A stretch of 64,000 bases of DNA from Lingula anatina. Its lineage: Eukaryota > Animalia > Brachiopoda. The stretch lies in assembly GCA_051362555.1 (NCBI GenBank), contig CM120640.1:30523967-30587966 (forward strand). The letters are read 5' to 3'. This document shows, piece by piece, positions 9,772-22,723 of this stretch; within the stretch, counting starts at the first letter, position 1; every line of letters starts with the position of its first letter. Under the pieces are notes generated by a model, which was not told the origin of the DNA, did no database searches, and saw only the letters and a program-made list of their open reading frames with translations. The position numbers were made by a program, and so were the translations under genes.

Positions 9772-10234
9772 TTTTCTTTTAAGTGTCAAGTGTATGGGAA
9801 ATTGATCATCAGAAGAGTGAGAATTAACCAAAACAAATATTTCAATATTGCAATGTATTATTTACTCTGAAAATAAACAGCAAATGTGATGATTTGAGGT
9901 TGTTTGTGTAAGAGGTTGCAAATTACCTATAACTGTCATCTGGAAAACAATATATACCATACAAGAGTTCTCCTTACTACCTCTGCAAGATGCAGATTAG
10001 TCCTTTCTGGAAGGGGTTGTTGTTATCACAATACTCAACAAGGCCCTAAATCTTGCCAAATATCATGTATTGTACACATGGAGAAGACACAGTGCTACTC
10101 TTTGTGGTATCTTTCACTAACTGCTTTTTAAGCTTTTTCATGGTGAGGGTACTCTGAAACAAGAACAATATAACTGAAAGGACTGAAAATTACATTTGAA
10201 AAGAAAGACAAATTTGGTGACTTAATTAAAATAA
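9772..10234 (+). repeat. Spacer block copy 6 (D-like, with ACCAT)
   Basis: ACCAT plus CTTTGTGG; followed by TGGACCAATA. Confidence 0.95.
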
Positions 10235-11305
10235 TTAAACGTTAATAATTTTGTCAAATCTGGACCAATATTTCTGAAATTTGAACAAATGATGCTTAAC
10301 AACAATAAAAATCAGTGATAAGCTGATCAGTTGTCTGTGTCTAATGAAAAGTGTTTTTTTGGACAACATATTTGGGAAAACTGAAAATTACATTGAAAAG
10401 ACTGGCAAAACCCAGACCTTAAAATAGTTAAACATTAATAATTTTGTCAAATCTTGTGGAATATTTCTGAAATTTGTACAAATAATGCTTAACAACAATA
10501 AAAGTGTGTGATAAGCTGATCAGCTGTCTGTGTGTAATGAAAAGTGTTTTTTGGGACAACATATTTGGGAAAACTGAATATTACATTGAAAAGACTGGGA
10601 ATTCGCAGGACTTGAAATAGTTAAACGTTAATAATTTTGTCAAATCTTGTCCTATATTTCTGAAATTTGTACAAATGATGCTTAACAACAATAGAAATCT
10701 GTGATAAGCTGATCAGTTGTCTGTATTGAATGAAAAGTGTTTTTTAGGACAATATATTTGCGAAAACCAAAAATTACATTGAAAAGACTGGGAATTCGCA
10801 GGACTTGAAATAGTTAAACGTTAATAATTTTGTCAAATCTGGTCCAATATTTCTGAAATTTGTACAAATGATGCTTAACAACAATAAAAATCTGTGATAT
10901 GCTAAGCAGTTGTCTGTGTGTAATGAAAAGTGTTTTTTGGGACAACAAATTTGGGAAAACTGAAAATTACATTGAAAAGACTGGTAAATCCCAGGCCTTA
11001 AAATAGTTAAACGTTAATAATTTTGTCAAATTTTGTCCTATATTTCTGAAATTTGTACAAATGATGCTTAACAAAAATAGAAATCTGAGAAAAGCTGATC
11101 AGTTGTTTGTATTGAATGAAAAGTGTTTTTTGGGACAATAAATTTGTGAAAACCAAAAATTACATTGAAAAGACTGGCAAAACCCAGACCTCAAATAGTT
11201 AAACGTTAATAATTTTGTCAAATCTGGTGGAATATTTCTGAAATTTGTACAAATGATGCTTAACAATAATAAAAATCTGTGATAAGCTGATCAGTTATCT
11301 GAGTC

Positions 11306-11768
11306 TTTTCTTTTAAGTGTCAAGTGTATGGGAAATTGATCATCAGAAGAGTGAGAATTAACCAAAACAAATATTTCAATATTGCTATGTATTATTTACT
11401 CTGAAAGTAAACAGCAAATGTGATGATTTGAGGTTGTTTGTGTAAGAGGTTGCAAATTACCTATAACTGTCATCTGGAAAACAATATATACCATACAAGA
11501 GTTCTCCTTACTACCTCTGCAAGATGCAGATTAGTCCTTCCTGGAAGGGGTTGTTGTTATCACAATACTCAACAAGGCCCTAAATCTTGCCAAATATCAT
11601 GTATTGTACACATGGAGAAGACACAGTGCTACTCTTGGTGGTATCTTTCACTAACTGCTTTTTAAGCTTTTTCATGGTGAGGGTACTCTGAAACAAGAAC
11701 AATATAACTGAAAGGACTGAAAATTACATTTCAAAAGAAAGACAAATTTGGTGACTTAATTAAAATAA
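11306..11768 (+). repeat. Spacer block copy 7 (haplotype C)
   Basis: ATTGCTATG and CATTTCAAAA alleles. Confidence 0.95.
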
Positions 11769-13223
11769 TTAAACGTTAATAATTTTGTCAAATCTGGTCC
11801 AATATTTCTGAAATTTGAACAAATGATGCTAAACAACTATAAAAATCAGTGATAAGCTGATCAGTTGTCTGTGTCTAATGAAAAGTGCTTTTTTGGACAA
11901 CATATTTGGGAAAACTGAAAATTACATTGATAAGACTGGCAAAACCCAGACCTTAAAATAGTTAAACATTAATAATTTTGTCAAATCTTGTGGAATATTC
12001 CTGAAATTTGTACAAATGATGCTTAACAATAATAAAAATCTGTGATAAGCTGATCAGTTGTCTGTTTCTAATGAAAAGTTTTTTTAGGACAATATATTTG
12101 CGAAAACCAAAAATTACATTGAAAATACTGGGAATTCGCAGGACTTGAAATAGTTAAACGTTAATAATTTTGTCAAATCTTGTCTTATATTTCTGAAATT
12201 TGTACAAATGATGCTTAACAACAATAGAAATCTGTGATAAGCTGATCAAATGTCTGTATTGAATGAAAAGTGTTTTTTGGGACAACAAATTTGGGAAAAC
12301 TGAAAATTACATTGAAGAGACTGGTAAATCCCAGGCCTTAAAATAGTTAAACGTTAATAATTTTGTCAAATTTTGTCCTATATTTCTGAAATTTGTACAA
12401 ATGATGCTTAACAAAAATAGAAATCTGAGAAAAGCTGATCAGTTGTTTGTATTGAATGAAAAGTGTTTTTTAGGACAATATATTTGTGAAAACCAAAAAT
12501 TACATTGAAAAGACTGGCAAAACCCAGACCTCAAATAGTTAAACGTTAATAATTTTGTCAAATCTGGTGGAATATTTCTGAAATTTGTACAAATAATGCT
12601 TAACAACAATAAAAGTCTGTGATAAGCTGATCAGCTGTCTGTGTGTAATGAAAAGTGTTTTTTGGGACAACATATTTGGGAAAACTGAATATTACATTGA
12701 AAAGACTGGGAATTCGCAGGACTTGAAATAGTTAAACGTTAATAATTTTGTCAAATCTGGTCCAATATTTCTGAAATTTGAACAAATGATGCTTAACAAC
12801 AATAAAAATCTGTGATATGCTAATCAGTTGTCTGTGTGTAATGAAAAGTGTTTTTTGGGACAACAAATTTGGGAAAACTGAAAATTACATTGAAAAGACT
12901 GGTAAATCCCAGGCCTTAAAATAGTTAAACGTTAATAATTTTGTCAAATTTTGTCCTATATTTCTGAAATTTGTACAAATGATGCTTAACAAAAAAAGAA
13001 ATCTGAGAAAAGCTGATCAGTTGTTTGTATTGAATGAAAAGTGTTTTTTAGGACAATATATTTGTGAAAACCAAAAATTACATTGAAAAGACTGGCAAAA
13101 CCCAGACCTCAAATAGTTAAACGTTAATAATTTTGTCAAATCTGGTGGAATATTTCTGAAATTTGTACAAATGATGCTTAACAATAATAAAAATCTGTGA
13201 TAAGCTGATCAGTTATCTGAGTC

Positions 13224-13687
13224 TTTTCTTTTAAGTGTCAAGTGTATGGGAAATTGATCATCAGAAGAGTGAGAATTAACCAAAACAAATATTTCAATAT
13301 TGCAATGTATTATTTACTCTGAAATTAAACAGCAAATGTGATGATTTGAGGTTGTTTGTGTAAGAGGTTGCAAATTACCTATAACTGTCATCTGGAAAAC
13401 AATATATACCCATACAAGAGTTCTCCTTACTACCTCTGCAAGATGCAGATTAGTCCTTTCTGGAAGGGGTTGTTGTTATCACAATACTCAACAAGGCCCT
13501 AAATCTTGCCAAATATCATGTATTGTACCCATGGAGAAGACACAGTGCTACCCTTTGTGGTATCTTTCACTAACTGCTTTTTAAGCTTTTTCATGGTGAG
13601 GGTACTCTGAAACAAGAACAATATAACTGAAAGGACTGAAAATTACATTTGAAAAGAAAGACAAATTTGGTGACTTAATTAAAATAA
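13224..13687 (+). repeat. Spacer block copy 8 (D, with private SNPs)
   Basis: ACCCAT, TTTGTGG; private GAAATTAAAC, GTACCCATG, CTACCCTTT. Confidence 0.95.
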
Positions 13688-14565
13688 TTAAACGTTAATA
13701 ATTTTGTCAAATCTGGTCCAATATTTCTGAAATTTGAACAAATGATGCTTAACAACTATAAAAATCAGTGATAAGCTGATCAGTTGTCTGTGTCTAATGA
13801 AAAGTGTTTTTTTGGACGACATATTTGGGAAAACTGAAAATTACATTGAAAAGACTGGCAAAACCCAGACCTTAGAATAGTTAAACATTAATAATTTTGT
13901 CAAATCTTGTGGAATATTCCTGAAATTTGTACAAATGATGCTTAACAATAATAAAAATCTGTGATAAGCTGATCAGTTGTCTGTTTCTAATGAAAAGTTT
14001 TTTTTAGGACAATATATTTGCGAAAACCAAAAATTACATTGAAAATACTGGGAATTCGCAGGACTTGAAATAGTTAAACGTTAATAATTTTGTCAAATCT
14101 TGTCTTATATTTCTGAAATTTGTACAAATGATGCTTAACAACAATACAAATCTGTGATAAGCTGATCAAATGTCTGTATTGAATGAAAAGTGTTTTTTGG
14201 GACAACAAATTTGGGAAAACTGAAAATTACATTGAAAAGACTGGTAAATCCCAGGCCTTAAAATAGTTAAACGTTAATAATTTTGTCAAATTTTGTCCTA
14301 TATTTCTGAAATTTGTACAAATGATGCTTAACAAAAATAGAAATCTGAGAAAAGCTGATCAGTTGTTTGTATTGAATGAAAAGTGTTTTTTAGGACAATA
14401 TATTTGTGAAAACCAAAAATTACATTGAAAAGACTGGCAAAACCCAGACCTCAAATAGTTAAACATTAATAATTTTGTCAAATCTGCTGGAATATTTCTG
14501 AAATTTGTACAAATGATGCTTAACAATAATAAAAATCTGTGATAAGCTGATCAGTTATCTGAGTC

Positions 14566-15028
14566 TTTTCTTTTAAGTGTCAAGTGTATGGAAAATTGAT
14601 CATCAGAAGAGTGAGAATTAACCAAAACAAATATTTCAATATTGCAATGTATTATTTACTCTGAAAGTAAACAGCAAATGTGATGATTTGAGGTTGTTTG
14701 TGTAAGAGGTTGCAAATTACCTATAACTGTCATCTGGAAAACAATATATACCATACAAGAGTTCTCCTTACTACCTCTGCAAGATGCAGATTAGTCCTTT
14801 CTGGAAGGGGTTGTTGTTATCACAATACTCAACAAGGCCCTAAATCTTGCCAAATATCATGTATTGTACACATGGAGAAGACACAGTGCTACTCTTGGTG
14901 GTATCTTTCACTAACTGCTTTTTAAGCTTTTTCATGGTGAGGGTACTCTGAAACAAGAACAATATAACTGAAAGGACTGAAAATTACATTTGAAAAGAAA
15001 GACAAATTCGGTGACTTAATTAAAATAA
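14566..15028 (+). repeat. Spacer block copy 9 (A)
   Basis: Diagnostic A alleles. Confidence 0.95.
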
Positions 15029-15902
15029 TTAAACGTTAATAATTTTGTCAAATCTGGTCTAATATTTCTGAAATTTGTACAAATTATGCTTAACAACAAT
15101 AGAAATCTGTGATAAGCTGATCAGTTGTTTGTATAGAATGAAAAGTGTTTTAAATATATTTGCGAAAACCAAAAATTACATTGAAAAGACTGGGAATTCG
15201 CAGGACTTGAAATAGTTAAACATTAATAATTTTGTCAAATCAATTCCAATATTTATGAAATTTGTACAAATGATGCTTAACAACAATAAAAATCTGTGAT
15301 ATGCTGATCAGTTGTCTGTGTGTAATAAAAAGTGTTTTTTGGGACAACAAATTTGGGAAAACTGAAAATTACATTGAAAAGACTGGTAAATCCCAGGCCT
15401 TAAAATAGTTAAACGTTAATAATTTTGTCAAATTTTGTCCTATATTTCTAAAATTTGTACAAATGATGCTTAACAACAATAGAAATCTGTGATAAGCTGA
15501 TCAGTTGTCTGTATTGAATGAAAAGTGTTTTTTAGGACAATGTATTTGCGAAAAACCAAAAATTACATTGAAAAGACTGGGAATTCGCAGGATTTGAAAT
15601 AGTGAAACGTTAATAATTTTGTCAAATCTAGTCCAATATTTATGAAATTTGTACAAATGATGCTTAACAACAATAAAAATCTGTGATAAGCTGATCAGTT
15701 GTCTGTGTCTAATGAAAAGTGTTTTTTGGGTCAACATATTTGGGAAAACTGAAAATTACATTGAAAAGACTGGCAAAACCCAGACCTCAAAATAGTTAAA
15801 CGTTAATAATTTTGTCAAATCTGGTGGAATATTTCTGAAATTTGTACAAATGATGCTTAACAATAATAAAAATCTGTGATAAGCTGATCAGTTATCTGAG
15901 TC

Positions 15903-16366
15903 TTTTCTTTTAAGTGTCAAGTGTATGGGAAATTGATCATCAGAAGAGTGAGAATTAACCAAAACAAATATTTCAATATTGCAATGTATTATTTACTCTG
16001 AAAGTAAACAGCAAATGTGATGATTTGAGGTTGTTTGTGTAAGAGGTTGCAAATTACCTATAACTGTCATCTGGAAAACATTATATACCCATACAAGAGT
16101 TCTCCTTACTACCTCTGCAAGATGCAGATTAGTTCTTTCTGGAAGGGGTTGTTGTTATCACAATACTCAACAAGGCCCTAAATCTTGCCAAATATCATGT
16201 ATTGTACACATGGAGAAGACACAGTGCTGCTCTTGGTGGTATCTTTCACTAACTGCTTTTTAAGCTTTTTCATGGTGAGGGTACTCTGAAACAAGAACAA
16301 TATAACTGAAAGGACTGAAAATTACATTTGAAAAGAATGACAAATTCGGTGACTTAATTAAAATAA
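15903..16366 (+). repeat. Spacer block copy 10 (B)
   Basis: Diagnostic B alleles. Confidence 0.95.
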
Positions 16367-19300
16367 TTAAACGTTAATAATTTTGTCAAATCTGGTCCAA
16401 TATTTCTGAAATTTGAACAAATGATGCTTAACAACAATAAAAATCAGTGATAAGCTGATCAGTTGTCTGTGTGTAATGAAAAGTGTTTTTTGGGACAACA
16501 AATTTGGGAAAACTGAAAATTACATTGAAACGACTGGCAAATCCCAGGCCTTAAAATAGTTAAACGTTAATAATTTTGTCAAATTTTGTCCTATATTCCT
16601 GAAATTTGTACACATGATGCTTAACAAAAATAGAAATCTGTGATAAGTTGACCAGTTGTCTGTATTGAATGAAAAGTGTTTTTTAGGACAATATATTTGC
16701 GAAAACCAAAAATTACATTGAAAAGACTGGGAATTCGCAGGACTTGAAATAGTTAAACGTTAATAATTTTGTCAAATCTGGTTCAATATATCTGCAATTT
16801 GTACAAATGATGCTTGACAACAATAAAAATTAGTGATAAGCTGATCAGTTGTCTGTGACTAATGAAAAATGTTTTTTTGGACAACATATTTGGGAAAACT
16901 GAAAATTATATTGAAAAGACTGGGAAAACCCAGACCTTAAAATAGTTAAACATTAATAATTTTGTCAAATCTTGTGAAATATTTCTGAAATTTGAACAAA
17001 TAATGCTTAACAACAATAAAAATCTGTGATAAGCTGATCAATTGTCTGTGTCTAATGAAAAGTGTTTTTTTGGACAACATATTTGGGAAAACTGAAAATT
17101 ACATGAAAAAGACTGGGAATTTGCAGGACTTGAAATAGTTAAACATTAATAATTTTGTCTAATCTAGTCCAATATTTCTGAAATTTGTGCAAATGATGCT
17201 TAACTATAATTAAAATCTGTGAGAAGCTGATCAGTTGTCTGTGTGTAATGAAAAGTGTTTTTTGGGACAATATATTTGCGAAAACCAAAAATTACATTGA
17301 AAAGACTGGGAATTCGCAGGACTTGAAATAGTTAAACGTTAATAATTTTGTCAAATCTGGTTCAATATATCTGAAATTTGTACAAATGATGCTTAACAAC
17401 AATAAAAATCAGTGATAAGCTGATCAGTTGTCTGTATTGAATGAAAAGAGTTTTTTTGGACAACATATTTGGGAAAACTGAAAATTACATTGAAAAGACT
17501 GGGAAAACCCAGAGCTTAAAAGAGTTAAACATTAATAATTTTGTCAAATCTTGTGGAAAATTTCTGAAATTTGTACAAATAATGCTTAACAACAATAAAA
17601 ATCTGTGATAAGCTGATCAGTTGTCTGTGTCTAATGAAAAGTGTTTTTTTGGACAACATATTTGGGAAAACTGAAAATTACATGAAAAAGACTGGGAATT
17701 TGCAGGTCTTGAAATAGTTAAACGTTAATAATTTTGTCTAATCTAGTCCAATATTTCTGAAATTTGTACAAATGATGCTTAACTATAATTAAAATCTGTG
17801 ATAAGCTGATCAGTTGTTTGTGTGTAATGAAAAGTGTTTTTTGGGACAACAAATTTGGGAAAACTGAAAATTACATTGAAAAGACTGGCAAATCCCAGGC
17901 CTTAAAATAGTTAAACGTTAATAATTTTGTCAAATTTTGTCCTATGTTTCTGAAATTTGTACAAATGATGCTGAACAACAATAGAAATCTGTGATAAGCT
18001 GATCAGTTGTCTGTATTGAATGAAAAGTGTTTTTTAGGACAATATATTTGGGAAAACCAAAAATTACATTGAAAAGACTGGGAATTCGCAGGACTTGAAA
18101 TAGTTAAACGTTAATCATTTTGTCAAATCTAGTCCAATATTTATGAAATTTGTACAAATGATGCTTAACAACAATAAAAATCTGTGATAAGCTGATCAGT
18201 TGTCTGTGTCTAATGAAAAGTTTTTTTTTTTGGGACAACATATTTGGGAAAACTGAAAATTACATTGAAAAGACAAGCAAAACCCAGACCTTAAAATAGT
18301 TAAACATTAATAATTTTGTCAAATCTTGTGGAATATTTCTGAAATTTGTACAAATGATGCTTAACAGGAATAAAAATCTGTGATAAGCTGATCAGTTGTC
18401 AGTTTCTTATGAAAAGTTTTTTAGGACAATATATTTGCGAAAAACCAAAAATTACATTGAAAAGACTGGCAAATCCCAGGCCTCAAAATAGTTAAATGTT
18501 AATAATTTTGTCAAATCTAGTCCAATATTTCTGAAATTTGTGCAAATGATGCTTAACTATAATTAAAATCTGTGAGAAGCTGATCAGTTGTCTGTGTGTA
18601 ATGAAAAGTGTTTTTTGGGACAATATATTTGCGAAAACCAAAAATTACATTGAAAAGACTGGGAATTCGCAGGACTTGAAATAGTTAAACGTTAATAATT
18701 TTGTCAAATCTGGTTCAATATATCTGAAATTTGTACAAATGATGCTTAACAACAATAAAAATCAGTGATAAGCTGATCAGTTGTCTGTATTGAATGAAAA
18801 GAGTTTTTTTGGACAACATATTTGGGAAAACTGAAAATTACATTGAAAAGACTGGGAAAACCCAGAGCTTAAAAGAGTTAAACATTAATACTTTTGTCAA
18901 ATCTTGTGGAAAATTTCTGAAATTTGTACAAATAATGCTTAAAAACAATAAAAATCTGTGATAAGCTGATCAGTTGTCTGTGTCTAATGAAAAGTGTTTT
19001 TTTGGACAACATATTTGGGAAAACTGAAAATTACATGAAAAAGACTGGGAATTTGCAGGACTTGAAATAGTTAAACGTTAATAATTTTGTCTAATCTAGT
19101 CCAATATTTCTGAAATTTGTACAAATGATGCTTAACTATAATTAAAATCTGTGATAAGCTGATCAGTTGTTTGTGTGTAATGAAAAGTGTTTTTTGGGAC
19201 AACAAATTTGGGAAAACTGAAAATTACATTGAAAAGACTGGCAAATCCCAGGCCTTAAAATAGTTAAACGTTAATAATTTTGTCAAATTTTGTCCTATGT

Positions 19301-20919
19301 TTCTGAAATACGTACAAATGATGCTTAACAACAATAGAAATCTGTGATAAGCTGATCAGTTGTCTGTATTGAATGAAAAGTGTTTTTTAGGACAATATAT
19401 TTGGGAAAACCAAAAATTACATTGAAAAGACTGGGAATTCGCAGGACTTGAAATAGTTAAACGTTAATAATTTTGTCAAATCTGGTCCAATATTTCTGAA
19501 ATTTGTACAAATGATGCTTAACAACAATAAAAATCTGTGATAAGCTGATCAGTTGTCTGTGTCTAATGAAAAGTTTTTTTTTTTTTGGGACAACATATTT
19601 GGGAAAACTGAAAATTACATTGAAAAGACAAGCAAAACCCAGACCTTAAAATAGTTAAACATTAATAATTTTGTCAAATCTTGTGGAATATTTCTGAAAT
19701 TTGTACAAATGATGCTTAACAGGAATAAAAATCTGTGATAAGCTGATCAGTTGTTTGTGTGTAATGAAAAGTGTTTTTTAGGACAATATATTTGCGAAAA
19801 ACCAAAAATTACATTGAAAAGACTGGCAAATCCCAGGCCTCAAAATAGTTAAATGTTAATAATTTTGTCAAATCTGGTCCAATATTTCTGAAATTTGTAC
19901 AAATAATGCTTAACAACAATAAAAGTCTGTGATAAGCTGATCAGCTGTCTGTGTGTAATGAAAAGTGTTTTTTGGGACAACATATTTGGGAAAACTGAAA
20001 ATTACATTGAAAAGACTGGCAAAACCCAGACCTTAAAATAGTTAAACATTAATAATTTTGTCAAATCTTGTGGAATATTTCTGAAATTTGTACAAATAAT
20101 GCTTAACAACAATAAAAGTGTGTGATAAGCTGATCAGCTGTCTGTGTGTAATGAAAAGTGTTTTTTGGGACAACATATTTGGGAAAACTGAATATTACAT
20201 TGAAAAGACTGGGAATTCGCAGGACTTGAAATAGTTAAACGTTAATAATTTTGTCAAATCTTGTCCTATATTTCTGAAATTTGTACAAATGATGCTTAAC
20301 AACAATAGAAATCTGTGATAAGCTGATCAGTTGTCTGTATTGAATGAAAAGTGTTTTTTAGGACAATATATTTGCGAAAACCAAAAATTACATTGAAAAG
20401 ACTGGGAATTCGCAGGACTTGAAATAGTTAAACGTTAATAATTTTGTCAAATCTGGTCCAATATTTCTGAAATTTGTACAAATGATGCTTAACAACAATA
20501 AAAATCTGTGATATGCTAAGCAGTTGTCTGTGTGTAATGAAAAGTGTTTTTTGGGACAACAAATTTGGGAAAACTGAAAATTACATTGAAAAGACTGGTA
20601 AATCCGAGGCCTTAAAATAGTTAAACGTTAATAATTTTGTCAAATTTTGTCCTATATTTCTGAAATTTGTACAAATGATGCTTAACAAAAATAGAAATCT
20701 GAGAAAAGCTGATCAGTTGTTTGTATTGAATGAAAAGTGTTTTTTGGGACAATAAATTTGTGAAAACCAAAAATTACATTGAAAAGACTGGCAAAACCCA
20801 GACCTCAAATAGTTAAACGTTAATAATTTTGTCAAATCTGGTGGAATATTTCTGAAATTTGTACAAATGATGCTTAACAATAATAAAAATCTGTGATAAG
20901 CTGATCAGTTATCTGAGTC

Positions 20920-21382
20920 TTTTCTTTTAAGTGTCAAGTGTATGGGAAATTGATCATCAGAAGAGTGAGAATTAACCAAAACAAATATTTCAATATTGCT
21001 ATGTATTATTTACTCTGAAAGTAAACAGCAAATGTGATGATTTGAGGTTGTTTGTGTAAGAGGTTGCAAATTACCTATAACTGTCATCTGGAAAACAATA
21101 TATACCATACAAGAGTTCTCCTTACTACCTCTGCAAGATGCAGATTAGTCCTTTCTGGAAGGGGTTGTTGTTATCACAATACTCAACAAGGCCCTAAATC
21201 TTGCCAAATATCATGTATTGTACACATGGAGAAGACACAGTGCTACTCTTGGTGGTATCTTTCACTAACTGCTTTTTAAGCTTTTTCATGGTGAGGGTAC
21301 TCTGAAACAAGAACAATATAACTGAAAGGACTGAAAATTACATTTCAAAAGAAAGACAAATTTGGTGACTTAATTAAAATAA
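20920..21382 (+). repeat. Spacer block copy 11 (C)
   Basis: Diagnostic C alleles. Confidence 0.95.
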
Positions 21383-22259
21383 TTAAACGTTAATAATTTT
21401 GTCAAATCTGGTCCAATATTTCTGAAATTTGAACAAATGATGCTAAACAACTATAAAAATCAGTGATAAGCTGATCAGTTGTCTGTGTCTAATGAAAAGT
21501 GCTTTTTTGGACAACATATTTGGGAAAACTGAAAATTACATTGATAAGACTGGCAAAACCCAGACCTTAAAATAGTTAAACATTAATAATTTTGTCAAAT
21601 CTTGTGGAATATTCCTGAAATTTGTACAAATGATGCTTAACAATAATAAAAATCTGTGATAAGCTGATCAGTTGTCTGTTTCTAATGAAAAGTTTTTTTA
21701 GGACAATATATTTGCGAAAACCAAAAATTACATTGAAAATACTGGGAATTCGCAGGACTTGAAATAGTTAAACGTTAATAATTTTGTCAAATCTTGTCTT
21801 ATATTTCTGAAATTTGTACAAATGATGCTTAACAACAATACAAATCTGTGATAAGCTGATCAAATGTCTGTATTGAATGAAAAGTGTTTTTTGGGACAAC
21901 AAATTTGGGAAAACTGAAAATTACATTGAAAAGACTGGTAAATCCCAGGCCTTAAAATAGTTAAACGTTAATAATTTTGTCAAATTTTGTCCTATATTTC
22001 TGAAATTTGTACAAATGATGCTTAACAAAAATAGAAATCTGACAAAAGCTGATCAGTTGTTTGTATTGAATGAAAAGTGTTTTTTAGGACAATATATTTG
22101 TGAAAACCAAAAATTACATTGAAAAGACTGGCAAAACCCAGACCTCAAATAGTTAAACGTTAATAATTTTGTCAAATCTGGTGGAATATTTCTGAAATTT
22201 GTACAAATGATGCTTAACAATAATAAAAATCTGTGATAAGCTGATCAGTTATCTGAGTC

Positions 22260-22723
22260 TTTTCTTTTAAGTGTCAAGTGTATGGGAAATTGATCATCAG
22301 AAGAGTGAGAATTAACCAAAACAAATATTTCAATATTGCAATGTATTATTTACTCTGAAAGTAAACAGCAAATGTGATGATTTGAGGTTGTTTGTGTAAG
22401 AGGTTGCAAATTACCTATAACTGTCATCTGGAAAACAATATATACCCATACAAGAGTTCTCCTTACTACCTCTGCAAGATGCAGATTAGTCCTTTCTGGA
22501 AGGGGTTGTTGTTATCACAATACTCAACAAGGCCCTAAATCTTGCCAAATATCATGTATTGTACACATGGAGAAGACACAGTGCTACTCTTTGTGGTATC
22601 TTTCACTAACTGCTTTTTAAGCTTTTTCATGGTGAGGGTACTCTGAAACAAGAACAATATAACTGAAAGGACTGAAAATTACATTTGAAAAGAAAGACAA
22701 ATTTGGTGACTTAATTAAAATAA
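22260..22723 (+). repeat. Spacer block copy 12 (D)
   Basis: Diagnostic D alleles. Confidence 0.95.
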
